Assembly: GCA_963801605.1 (NCBI GenBank)
Contig: CAWDFP010000006.1
Coordinates: 1,440,001 to 1,504,000 of the forward strand
Direction: 5' to 3'
Length of the DNA: 64,000 nucleotides
DNA from: an uncultured candidate division Zixibacteria bacterium
GTDB lineage: Bacteria; Zixibacteria; MSB-5A5; UBA10806
The first letter of the stretch is position 1; each line of letters begins with the position of its first letter. Made by a program: the position numbers and the translations under genes. The notes beneath the pieces were generated by a model. That model did no database searches. It saw nothing but the letters and a program-made list of their open reading frames with translations, and was not told the DNA's origin. Below, in pieces: positions 38,781 through 48,339 of this stretch.

Positions 38781-39652
38781 TTATCACCCGCAGGCTTTTT
38801 AATATTGATAAGCTTGAACTGCGCCAGTGAGAATACCAGGATTATTAAAAACAGAATATAGGCCGCTGCCGAGGCATAGCCTATGTCCCCTCGTCCGATA
38901 CCTTTTTCGAAAATAAAATAGACGCTGGTCAAAGTTGAGTTGAACGGACGGCCCGATGTCATCACAAATATCTCGATAAATATCTGAAACGATCTAATCG
39001 TATTTAGTACAATCACAAAAGCGAATGTCGATTTCAATAGGGGAATTGTTATCCCCACGCTTCGTTTCCAGAAACCTGCGCCATCGACTCTGGCTGCCTC
39101 GAACAGCTCCGTCGGTATGGCCTTGATGCCGGCCAGAAATATCAGCACATAATATCCGATAGCTACCCAGATATCCATTGCCATGATCGCCCACAGCGCG
39201 GTCTTCTCAGATTGCAGAAATCCGTTTTGCGGAGGAGAAATACCCGCCAGCCGAAAAAGAGTATGAATGTAGCCCCCACGCGCATAGAGATTATAGAAGA
39301 TAAGCGCGATCACCACCATGGCTGTAATCGATGGTATAAAATATGCCGCCTGGAAAATCTTATGGCCGGGGATTTTTTCTGCTATGAATAAGGCTATTAT
39401 CAATGCCGCAATAGTCGTAATCGGTATGGTGCCAAACACAAAGTAGAAGGTATTTACCAGCGACTTGGTAAAAACCGGATCGGAAAATAGTCGGCTGTAG
39501 TTGGCAAAGCCGATAAAGCTGCCCGTGCCCCTCAAAAGCTGGAAATCGGTTAGCGATAGATAAAATGAATATGCCAGCGGATAAAGCCAGAAAACCAGGA
39601 AATAGGCAACCCAGGGTATCGTAAAGAGCAGTATCTTATTTTGTCTTCGCAT
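38777..39652 (-). CDS. Carbohydrate ABC transporter permease (MalF-like)
   Basis: FIGFANY, ELFEAARVDGA, GYASAAA. Confidence 0.93.
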   Translation of the reverse strand: MRRQNKILLFTIPWVAYFLVFWLYPLAYSFYLSLTDFQLLRGTGSFIGFANYSRLFSDPVFTKSLVNTFYFVFGTIPITTIAALIIALFIAEKIPGHKIFQAAYFIPSITAMVVIALIFYNLYARGGYIHTLFRLAGISPPQNGFLQSEKTALWAIMAMDIWVAIGYYVLIFLAGIKAIPTELFEAARVDGAGFWKRSVGITIPLLKSTFAFVIVLNTIRSFQIFIEIFVMTSGRPFNSTLTSVYFIFEKGIGRGDIGYASAAAYILFLIILVFSLAQFKLINIKKPAGDK

Positions 39653-40833
39653 TAGCGCCCGACTTTAATTTAGCATCGATTGTTTTGGATGCGGTTGTTA
39701 GAATTTCTGACGCCGTTCCGTGGCCATACATGGCGGCCTCGATGGCATCTTCGATATCCCGTTCAATATCGACCCAGAGCGGTGTAGGCGGATTCGATTT
39801 CGAATTGATTAGTTGCTTAAGTTCAACCTGGGTATTGGGATCAGTAACAGCGATATCGGTATATGGCGGAAACCCGAATCCGGCTGCCGCGCATAGCGTT
39901 TGCGAATTATTTTTCTCCGTCAGAAATCGGGCCAGCCGTTGGGCTGCCTCGCGTTTCTCGCTTTTGGCGCCAATTGCCAGGTATTCCCCTCCAAAAAATG
40001 ATGTGCCTGTATTACCGTCGGGGGTAAAAAACTCGCTCAGCTTGTATTCGAAATCGGGAGGCGTTTGCCTCAGACGATCCAACAGCCAGCCGCCGGAAAT
40101 TACCGCCCCGATCTTTCCCTGTCTGAAATATTCCTCCAAACGTCTCTGGCTTTCGATCAACCCAGAGTCGCAGAGCTTGAGATAAAAATCAAGCGCCCCG
40201 ATAGCCGCCGGAGTATCGAGTTCCGAACGAGTGCCGTCATCGCTCAAAACTTCCCCGCCCCCGCTCCATAGAAACGGTAGGAATTTCTTGTAAAGCCGGT
40301 GAGGTTCCGCGCTATTGCATCCAAAACCGAAATAATCATCACCCAGACGAATCAATCTTTTGCGACGCCGCCAAAAGCTCCGGCCAGGTGCGGGGAATAT
40401 CCATACCCACTTTCTTTAACAAGTCCATATTGAAATAGAGGAAACGCGAGTCGAGAAGCCAGGGATACGCGTAAGTTTTGCCATCCCATTTAGCTGGATA
40501 GAGGAAATTTTCCGGGAAGCTATCGGCCGCGCATTCTGCCAATAGGTTATTGGACGCAAATTCGGCGATCCAATCGGAGCCAAGTTCCATGAGGTCGGGA
40601 GGCTGATGTGCCGCAAACGATATAACAAGTTTATCGTGGCCGTTAGCCCAGGTGAGATCGGTGATTTTTACCTTGATATCCGGATTTTCCCGTTCGAATT
40701 CGCTTATAAGTTGCTCGATTACCGGTTTAGTCTTGATATCTGACCAGAACTGCCAGAACTGAAGGGTCTGACGATCCCCGGAGGGATTTGAACAACCCAA
40801 GAGAATAACGAGTGCTAAAATTAACCTTTTCAT
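39636..40833 (-). CDS. Sugar ABC transporter solute-binding lipoprotein; one +1 frameshift near 40350
   Basis: Lipobox LLGC, FEREN PDIKV, PDLMELG, DGKTYAYPW, P.TW.EL, FFGGEYLAI. The two ORFs join as KIDRLGDDYFG. Confidence 0.88.
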
Positions 40834-40840
40834 CATAGTC

Positions 40841-40970
40841 ATTCTAAATTCAATTCTATTACCCTGTCAAGGAAAGATAAGATGCGACCAACGTCTTACA
40901 CGACATCCTTTTATTTCGTTTTTGAATAATTTAGGAAAACCTTGACATAATAACCACGTAGCCATAGAAT
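40841..40970. promoter_or_regulatory. Divergent sigma70 promoters: minus TTGACA(40870-65)-18-TAGAAT(40846-41); plus TTGACA(40942-47)-17-TAGAAT(40965-70)
   Basis: Hexamers read directly; each -10 lies 7-10 nt from a start codon that lacks a Shine-Dalgarno. Confidence 0.7.
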
Positions 40971-40980
40971 CATCCCTGTA

Positions 40981-42114
40981 ATGAGATCGCTTTTTGTAAC
41001 ATTCCTGCTGCTATTTTGCATTCTGATTCCAGGCGCTAACGCTTACCGTCTTTCGATATCCGATCTGCCTAACGATGATGGTACCCGGCTTCTTATACGC
41101 TGGGAAAAACTGCCGCCTCCCGAGCTCTCAAAACTAAAACCTCTGACATTTAATTTGGAGCGCTCCGTTATTTCCGATAGCGCTTTTTCGGTTGTTGGCG
41201 CCATCGCTGTGAGTGATACGACCTATCGCACCATTGATAGCGGCCTTAAAACCGGTCAAGGCTACTTTTACAAGCTAACCTATCGTGATTCCAGCGTTTC
41301 CTGGAGTTCGATGATTTTCGGGCCGGAATCTCCAAAAGAAAACTGGTATAATAGCGCCCGAACTAATGTCTTGATCGGTATTATTATCACCGGCCTGTTA
41401 GTTGCGCTTTTCATATACCGCGGACGGCAGGGCAAGAGCCTTTATCTTCGCCCCATCGCCGGCTTGCAGGCTGTCGATGAGTCAATTGGCCGGGCCACCG
41501 AAATGGGCAAGCCGATTCTCTATTCGGCGGGACGAGGTACCATGTCTCGGCCGGCTACTATGGCCAGCATGAATATCCTGAGCTCCGTTGCCGAAAAGGT
41601 TGCCACTTACGGCACACCCCTGATATTCCCCAACAATGATCCTGTTGTTACTGCCGTCGCGCAGGAGGTTGCACGCGAGGCTTACACGAGAGCCGGACAT
41701 CCCGACGCTTACAACAATGACAATATCTATTTTGTGACCGACAGCCAATTCGGCTACGCGGCGGCTGTCGATGGTACCATGATGCGCGAGCGGCCCGCCA
41801 CCAACCTCTTTTTCGGAACCTTCGAGGCCGAATCGCTGATCTTGGCGGAAACCGGAAATTCCATCGGGGCTATTCAGATCGCCGGGACCGATTCCTCGAT
41901 CCAGATGGCCTTCTTTATGGTTGCCTGTGATTATGTTATCATTGGCGAGGAGCTTTTTGCGGCCTCCGGTTACCTCTCGAAAGACCCCCAGGTGATAGGC
42001 TCGTTAAAAGGCTCGGATATTTCGAAAATTATCATTATCGCCATTTTGGTTTTGGGTGTAATTCTCTCGGTTCTTGGATATGGCTTTTTTGTGGAGCTTT
42101 TTACTACGGTATAA
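40981..42114 (+). CDS. FN3-like + DUF6754-like membrane protein (gene A of a four-gene cluster)
   Basis: Signal peptide, D.PND.G..L...W...Y.Y FN3-like segment, TM, then RPIAGL.A.DE.IGRATEMGKP...AESLILAE.G...GAIQIAG...IGEELFAAS.YLS. Family name is from recollection. Confidence 0.78.
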   Translation: MRSLFVTFLLLFCILIPGANAYRLSISDLPNDDGTRLLIRWEKLPPPELSKLKPLTFNLERSVISDSAFSVVGAIAVSDTTYRTIDSGLKTGQGYFYKLTYRDSSVSWSSMIFGPESPKENWYNSARTNVLIGIIITGLLVALFIYRGRQGKSLYLRPIAGLQAVDESIGRATEMGKPILYSAGRGTMSRPATMASMNILSSVAEKVATYGTPLIFPNNDPVVTAVAQEVAREAYTRAGHPDAYNNDNIYFVTDSQFGYAAAVDGTMMRERPATNLFFGTFEAESLILAETGNSIGAIQIAGTDSSIQMAFFMVACDYVIIGEELFAASGYLSKDPQVIGSLKGSDISKIIIIAILVLGVILSVLGYGFFVELFTTV

Positions 42115-42735
42115 ATGATGAAACGCACGATTCCAGTTGTAGTTTGTTTTATCTTCGGCATGGCGATGCTCATTCAATTTTTCGTGCCGTCCAAGTTATC
42201 GCGTTCTGTTTATAATAATATCACCGATTGGGCTCAGATCATCTTTGCCTTTGCGGTTATTGTCGGAGTCTTCGGAATTTTAAAATACCATCTTGAGAAA
42301 CTGGCTAAGAGGCCCGAGGGATGGATATTCAATTTCATAACAATTACATCGATTATAATTATGTCAATCCTCGGTTTTGCCCTGGGCCGTAAAGATGATA
42401 GTCCCTTTATGTGGGCATTTAATTATATCCAGGCTCCTATGCAGGCTTCGGTTTTTTCTCTTTTGGCGTTTTTTGTCGCCAGCGCCGCCTATCGAGGCTT
42501 CACCGCTCGAAATACCGAGGCGCTTTTGCTTCTGCTTTCGGCGGTATTTATAATGTTTGGTATCGCCTCGGTGGGCAATGCCATTCCCCTTTTTTCGAAT
42601 ATCGCCAATTGGATTTTGATGAATCCCTCGATGGCTGCCCGGCGCGGCATCTATATCGGAATTGGACTGGGTGTAATTGCGACATCGCTTCGGGTGATAC
42701 TTGGTGTCGAACGAACTTATTTGGGTAAAGAATGA
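42115..42735 (+). CDS. Polytopic membrane protein, about 6 TM (gene B)
   Basis: Hydrophobic helices; FSLLAFFVASAAYR, AARRGIYIGIGLG..A.SLR.ILG.ER; abuts gene A. Confidence 0.8.
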   Translation: MMKRTIPVVVCFIFGMAMLIQFFVPSKLSRSVYNNITDWAQIIFAFAVIVGVFGILKYHLEKLAKRPEGWIFNFITITSIIIMSILGFALGRKDDSPFMWAFNYIQAPMQASVFSLLAFFVASAAYRGFTARNTEALLLLLSAVFIMFGIASVGNAIPLFSNIANWILMNPSMAARRGIYIGIGLGVIATSLRVILGVERTYLGKE

Positions 42736-43557
42736 ATTTCTGGCTTAAAATACGGCACCTGGATCGCCGGGTCATTTTCCTGCTCATGGCTTTGGGCGTG
42801 ACATTGCCGCTTTTGATCAATATTGATTTGCCCGTGAGAATTACTCCTGATGTCCGCTCTATTTACGACTATATAGATAGCCGCCAACCCGGCGACGTGA
42901 TATTGATTTCTTATGATCATGATACCGGTACGCTGCCGGAGATGGTCCCGATGTCAACCGCAATTTTGCGACATGCCTTTTCCAAACAGCTAAAAGTTGT
43001 CGGCCTGGCCCTTCGTGCTGAGGGTTCGGCAATCGGACGGCAGGCTTTCCGAAAAGTGGGCGCGGAATTTGGCAAAGAGGAAGGGATAGATTACGTTTTC
43101 CTCGGATACCGTCCAGAATTGACCGCCACCATACTGGGACTGGGGACCTCATTCAAGCGGGTCTTTCCTCTCGATGACCGTGGTATCCCCGTTGATAGTC
43201 TTCCCTCTGATGCAGCATGTGGAAAATTACGCCGATATCGCTCTGGTGATTTCAATTTCCGATGATGATTCGCCGGTTTACTGGATTAATTATGGCAATG
43301 CCCGATACCAGGTTCCGGTCGCCCCGGCTGTGACAGCTGTCATGGCCACCACCTTTTTCCCTTTCTTAAATTCGCATCAGGTTGTGGGCATGATCGCGGG
43401 CCTCAAAGGGGCAGCCGAATATGAAAAGCTGATAAATAAAAAAGGAATGGCAACGAGAGGTATGGATGCCCAATCGATAGGGCATATTGTCGTCATTGGT
43501 TTTATCCTGGTTGGGAATATCGCTTACTTTATCACCCGAGGAAAGAAGAAAGCTTAG
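42732..43557 (+). CDS. Membrane-anchored alpha/beta protein (gene C); one +1 frameshift near 43204
   Basis: N-terminal TM, soluble domain, GLKGAAEYE...MDAQS..H, C-terminal TM. The ORFs join as PVDSLPLMQHVENY. Confidence 0.78.
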
Positions 43558-43560
43558 GAT

Positions 43561-44218
43561 ATGAGCACCAATATCGGAATCTGGATCGCTGCTCTTCTTA
43601 CGCTTGCCATCTATTCTTTTCTATATAAGGATAATCCAATTTATCGTTTTGCTGAAAGCCTCCTGGTCGGTATCTCGGTCGGCTTTCTGTTAGTGGTGAC
43701 TATCGATACAACCCTGATGCCTAAGGCCATAAATCCTTTGATATCGTCTTTCCGGGGAATGTTTTCTGGCGGTCCTTTTTTAGATTTTCTATTGGTATTA
43801 ATACCGGTAATTTTGGGCTTATTCATGTTTGCGCGATTTGTGCCGGGAATGGCCTGGCTGTCGCGAATTGCGCTGGCGCTGTATATCGGTTTTGGGGCCG
43901 GGGCCGCTATTCCCGCCAACATGCAATCGCTGATCTTGAAGCAAATCGAGGCCACCATCAGGCCGTTTCTGGCGATTGGTGGTTGGGTCAATGCCGTTAA
44001 CCTGATTATCATAACGCTGGGATTGATAGCCACCATAGCGTACTTCTTCTTTTCGAAAGCGCATACCGGCAATTTCGGACGAGCGGCTAAATTGGGCACA
44101 TATTTTCTGATGATCTTTTTCGGAGCCACATTCGGTTATACGGTTATGGCCCGAATTTCGCTCTTGATCGGCCGCGTGACTTTTCTGCTTAAAGGATTGG
44201 TTGGGCTTGATATCTTAG
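43561..44218 (+). CDS. Polytopic membrane protein, about 6 TM (gene D); probable +1 frameshift near 44190
   Basis: LTLAIYSFLYKDNP.Y..AE, LM..FGA.FG.TVM.R. Corrected end is KDWLGLIS* (TAG 44216-44218), which removes a 70-nt overlap with the next gene. Confidence 0.78.
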
Positions 44219-44266
44219 GTTTTCGATTATTTGCAGATAGAAATTCGAATATGAGAGGGGTGCCAA

Positions 44267-46024
44267 ATGAAGAAACTGATTGTAGCTGCTCTCGCGCTTG
44301 TGCTGTTTTTGTCTTGCGGAAGTGGAAAGATGAATAACTGGCGGCAGGTTCAGCTTCCCAAAGGGTACAGCGACTCGCATATTTTATCTATTACCTCGCG
44401 GGATAACCAGATGCTCATCGGCACCTATGGTCGGGGAGCTCTGCTAAGCCGAGACAACGGCAAAAACTGGAGCGTTTTCGACACCTCCAATGGCCTATCC
44501 TGGAATTTTATCTTAGGGGGCGATTGGGATGGCGAAACAATCCTGTTGGCAACGTTGGGGGATGGTATCAATATCACTCCCAATAAGGGACTGAGCTGGT
44601 CTCGCTTCGGTTTCAATTTCTTCGGTGTTGAATATCTGTACGCCGTTGGGGCTATTATTCGCAATCATAAAAGCTATGTGCCAACCGCTGATGGCCTGGT
44701 AATCTTTGACGATATCCTGAAATGGCATTCCATCACCGAAAAAGAGGGGCTGGCCTCTCAGTATATCTATGATATCGCTATGAAAGGGGATACCATCGCA
44801 CTCGGCACTCTGCATGGCTTCTCAGTCTCTTATGATGATGCCAAAACCTGGCATAATTTTTCCCCCAATGGAAAATTGACATCGGATAATCTGCCGGCCT
44901 GCAAGGTTCGGGCCGTGGAGTTCGATAATGGGAATCTTTACGCCGGTTGCGATGATGGCCTTTATTTATCATCCGATCAGGGCAATTCCTGGAGCAGGCT
45001 TGGAAAAGATTCGCTCTCCAGCGATTTTATCCATGATCTGATATTCGATAAAAATGGCGCCCTTTGGATCGCCACATATAAGGAAATCGCCTGCTATCAT
45101 CCGGATACGAAAACCTGGCAACTATTCGGTTCCGCTGACGGGTTGCCTGGCGGAAGCATCAACTGCCTGGGCCTCGATGGTTCTGGAAGAGTTCTCGCCG
45201 GGACCAACTACGGGCTTTATCGCCTGTCAGCCGGGAATGTCCATAAATCGAGTGAACTTCCTGTTGACGTGGTATTCGCGCAGGTCGAGGAGCCGTTGCA
45301 TCAGTGGATGCTCCGACCTATCGGACCATCCGATCAGAATTGCCGTGACCAAACCTATCTTTATGGTTCAACTATGGGCGGCAATTTCCGTCAGCATCAG
45401 GGCAACGAGTACAACGACCCCGAAGGTGTTCCCACGTTGGCCGTTGACGATGGAACTATTGTTTTTACTGATACCACGATAGGACACGCCGTGCTGAAAT
45501 GCGACCGGAAGCAGGATGGAGCTGATATCTTCGCCCATTATCATCATCAGCATCAGATCATCCGTAAAGTCGGAGAGCATGTTATCCGCGGCGAGCAGAT
45601 CGGAACCGTCGGCAAAAAAGGGAATGTCACTAACGAGCATTTACATTTCGAGGTTGCCTATACAGAGATCGGTTCCCAGATAGATTCCGGCGCCACTCAA
45701 ACCAGAAATTCGGAGCTTTGGATCGAGCCGCTCCCGGGATGTGGTACCATAGTGGGCATTCTACTTGATTCGTTGAATATGCCCGTAGGCGGAGCCAGGA
45801 TTTACGGCCTGACAAAGCCTATCCCCTCCGAAACGCCGTTCTCCTTTGCTGAAACGTATAAGGATAAAGTGCATCCGGATAACGTTTACAAAGAGAATTT
45901 CGCTATCGGCGATGTGCCCGCTGGCGATTATGTCCTCTATACTGAGGTAAACAAATTAAAGTCGAGGATTAAGGTTCATGTCGAACCGGGCAAAATAACC
46001 CCGGTGATGATGCAACTGAAATAA
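44267..46024 (+). CDS. Lipoprotein: Asp-box/regulatory-propeller N-terminus + M23 peptidase + carboxypeptidase-regulatory-like domain
   Basis: Lipobox LFLSC; SRDNGKNW, SYDDAKTW, SSDQGNSW; HQGNE, VG..V.RG..IG.VG..G...HLHFE. Confidence 0.82.
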   Translation: MKKLIVAALALVLFLSCGSGKMNNWRQVQLPKGYSDSHILSITSRDNQMLIGTYGRGALLSRDNGKNWSVFDTSNGLSWNFILGGDWDGETILLATLGDGINITPNKGLSWSRFGFNFFGVEYLYAVGAIIRNHKSYVPTADGLVIFDDILKWHSITEKEGLASQYIYDIAMKGDTIALGTLHGFSVSYDDAKTWHNFSPNGKLTSDNLPACKVRAVEFDNGNLYAGCDDGLYLSSDQGNSWSRLGKDSLSSDFIHDLIFDKNGALWIATYKEIACYHPDTKTWQLFGSADGLPGGSINCLGLDGSGRVLAGTNYGLYRLSAGNVHKSSELPVDVVFAQVEEPLHQWMLRPIGPSDQNCRDQTYLYGSTMGGNFRQHQGNEYNDPEGVPTLAVDDGTIVFTDTTIGHAVLKCDRKQDGADIFAHYHHQHQIIRKVGEHVIRGEQIGTVGKKGNVTNEHLHFEVAYTEIGSQIDSGATQTRNSELWIEPLPGCGTIVGILLDSLNMPVGGARIYGLTKPIPSETPFSFAETYKDKVHPDNVYKENFAIGDVPAGDYVLYTEVNKLKSRIKVHVEPGKITPVMMQLK

Positions 46025-46192
46025 ATTTGTCAGTGCCAGCAAGCGAAGTGGGCGAAGCACTCCCCCCGACTTGTCCGCCGTGGCGGATTAATCGTCTCTT
46101 AATCTTCGAGGGGGGAACTCAGCTAATAGAGAGGAGATTGCTTAATCATTTTGACTCATGCTGTTTCGCCATAACCGTATTTTGATTAGAAA

Positions 46193-46321
46193 ATGTATTG
46201 CCGTAAGTGCCATAAAAAGATGCGCGAGGAAAAACGATCCTTTCATAAAAAGCGCAAATGGATTTGTCAGTTTTGCGGCGCGGTCAGGTTTCAGGAGTTG
46301 AAATCCAGTGGCAAAAAGTAA
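46193..46321 (+). CDS. 42-aa basic Zn-ribbon protein (absent from the ORF track)
   Basis: MYCRKCHKKMREEKRSFHKKRKWICQFCGAVRFQELKSSGKK*; two CxxC pairs; stop overlaps the DUF72 start. Confidence 0.65.
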   Translation: MYCRKCHKKMREEKRSFHKKRKWICQFCGAVRFQELKSSGKK

Positions 46322-47096
46322 TCTTTTAATCGGCACTTCGGGCTATTCGTTCGATGATTGGGAGGGTGTCTTTTATCCTCCCGGTTTGCCCAAGGGTAAA
46401 CGGCTCGATTTCTATAAAGATTATTTTCCCGTTACTGAAATCAATTCCACTTACTACCGCATTCCGCATGCGGCGGTTTTTTATCACCTGGCTAACAAAG
46501 TGGGTGAGGATTTCGAGTTTATGGTCAAAACTCATCGCAGCTTCACCCACGACAGAAAAGACCTCGATGACAATGGCAAGGTATTCAACGAGGCCGTCAA
46601 GCCGCTTTTGGAATCGGGCAAGCTAAAAGGATTTACTGCCCAATTTCCGTTTAGCTTTAAATATACGCCCGATAATCTCGGTTATATTATTCAGGGCCAA
46701 TCCTATTTTAAGGATGCGCCTCTGTTTGTCGAATTTCGTCACGTTAGCTGGGATAAACCGGAGGTGTACGAAACCCTCAAAGCCAATGGCATCGGAGTGT
46801 GCTCCGTGGATGAGCCGGCGCTTCCCGGGCTGTTTCCCTCTAAGGCGATTGCCACAACCGATATTGGTTATATCCGCTTGCATGGGCGAAACGCCGCTAA
46901 CTGGTGGGGCGAAGGCGGAGATCGATACGATTATCTCTATTCAGAAAAAGAGCTTAATGAGTGGAAAAATAAAATTGAGGACTTGAAAACTAAAACTAAT
47001 AAGATATATTTGTTTTTTAACAACTGTCATCTGGGGCAGGCGGTCAGAAATGCCAGGATGTTTTTTGATCTTTTGCAAATGGAACTTGGAAAATGA
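46308..47096 (+). CDS. DUF72 (YecE/YunF-like) protein
   Basis: IGTSGYS...W...FYP, EINSTYY, VEFRH.SW, Y.RLHGRN, YDYLYS..EL..W, FNN. Confidence 0.93.
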   Translation: MAKSNLLIGTSGYSFDDWEGVFYPPGLPKGKRLDFYKDYFPVTEINSTYYRIPHAAVFYHLANKVGEDFEFMVKTHRSFTHDRKDLDDNGKVFNEAVKPLLESGKLKGFTAQFPFSFKYTPDNLGYIIQGQSYFKDAPLFVEFRHVSWDKPEVYETLKANGIGVCSVDEPALPGLFPSKAIATTDIGYIRLHGRNAANWWGEGGDRYDYLYSEKELNEWKNKIEDLKTKTNKIYLFFNNCHLGQAVRNARMFFDLLQMELGK

Positions 47097-48034
47097 AAAA
47101 AATTTGGAATAAAGCCTTAGTCGTTTTCATTATTGTCTTAGCCGTCTCCGCAGGAGTCGCGGCCCTGATAACCACCAAACCGGATATTCCGGGAGTGGCA
47201 TCCTCTCAGAAGGGGAAAGGCGCCTTAAAACCATTTCAGCTCGTTAAGGACGAAAAAGTTATTCGTCCCGCTCCCAAAATCCGAACTCAGTCGGCCATTG
47301 TTGTCGATCTTAATTCCGGCAATATCATCTTAAGCAAAAACGAGGAAAGCATCCGATCTATCGCCAGCCTCACCAAACTTGCGACGGCCCTGGTTTACTT
47401 GAGCACCAAACCCGATATGCAAAAGATCGATACCGTTACGGCTCAAGATCGCAACGGCGCCGGACGAAGCCGTTTGCGATTGAAATCCCAGGCCAGGCTT
47501 TACGACATCTTTCATTTAATGCTTATTTGCTCCGATAATGTCGCGGCGCGCATCGTCGCCCGATCAACCGGTCTCGATAGCACCCAGTTTGTGGCTCGGA
47601 TGAATAAGATGGCGCAAATTCTAAATTTGACTCATACCCACTTTGCTGACCCGACCGGTCTTGATGCTGGTAACGTTTCAACCGCTGCAGAAATTGCTAT
47701 TTTATTTAAGACTGCATTAGATCAGCCGTTCATTTCGGACGTGGTTGCCAAAAAGGAATATTCATTTTATCCTGTCAAAGGCAAGCGAATGATCGCCATT
47801 CATAACACCAATCACATGCTGTATGGACGGCAGGATATTTTCGGCGGTAAGACCGGATTCATAAATGAATCGGGTTATTGTCTCGCTCTGGGAATTGAAA
47901 ACGGCGATGGTAAAAAAATGGCTGCGGTACTACTCGGAGCGCCGTCGAGCGGCAGTCGCTTCAGAGATGCGGCTCGAATAATTGCCTGTCTGGCGCCGCC
48001 GAAAGTCACTAAACCCCGGCGCGCTTCGTTTTAA
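47093..48034 (+). CDS. D-alanyl-D-alanine carboxy/endopeptidase (peptidase S11, PbpG-like)
   Basis: ASLTK (SxxK), SDN (SxN), F.DPTGL, KTGF. Confidence 0.92.
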   Translation: MKKIWNKALVVFIIVLAVSAGVAALITTKPDIPGVASSQKGKGALKPFQLVKDEKVIRPAPKIRTQSAIVVDLNSGNIILSKNEESIRSIASLTKLATALVYLSTKPDMQKIDTVTAQDRNGAGRSRLRLKSQARLYDIFHLMLICSDNVAARIVARSTGLDSTQFVARMNKMAQILNLTHTHFADPTGLDAGNVSTAAEIAILFKTALDQPFISDVVAKKEYSFYPVKGKRMIAIHNTNHMLYGRQDIFGGKTGFINESGYCLALGIENGDGKKMAAVLLGAPSSGSRFRDAARIIACLAPPKVTKPRRASF

Positions 48035-48053
48035 TTTCGCTGATTATCTATGC

Positions 48054-48081
48054 TTGACAAGTGCTTTTCGAAATATATATT
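48054..48081 (+). promoter_or_regulatory. sigma70 promoter of the tRNA cluster
   Basis: TTGACA-16-TATATT about 50 nt upstream of tRNA-Thr. Confidence 0.65.
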
Positions 48082-48131
48082 CCCCTTGGCTCTGGCCTGT
48101 AGGGGGGCCAATGTGCTCTTTGAAAATTTAG

Positions 48132-48204
48132 GCCGGAGTAGCTCAGTTGGTAGAGCAGCTGATTTGTAATCAGCAGGTCGGGGGTTCAAGCCCCTTCTCC
48201 GGCT
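48132..48204 (+). tRNA. tRNA-Thr(TGT)
   Basis: Cloverleaf with GCCGGAG/CTCCGGC acceptor, TTTGTAA anticodon loop, TTCAAGC T-loop; CCA not encoded. Confidence 0.95.
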
Positions 48205-48217
48205 CATAAATATTCTT

Positions 48218-48299
48218 GGTGGGGTTCCCGAGTGGTCAAAGGGAACAGACTGTAAATCTGTCGGCGACGCCTTCGGAGGTCCGAATCCTCCCCCCACCA
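48218..48299 (+). tRNA. tRNA-Tyr(GTA)
   Basis: GGTGGGG/CCCCACC acceptor, ACAGA-CTGTAAA-TCTGT, long variable arm; T-loop reads TCCGAAT. Confidence 0.93.
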
Positions 48300-48339
48300 T
48301 TTTTTTATTTCTGCAAAAACCTTTTATCGGGTTTCGAAT

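Noticed and set aside
37977..40833. Missing ATPase in the sugar ABC operon as a novelty
   Set aside because: CUT1 transporters commonly share an MsmX/MalK-type ATPase encoded elsewhere.
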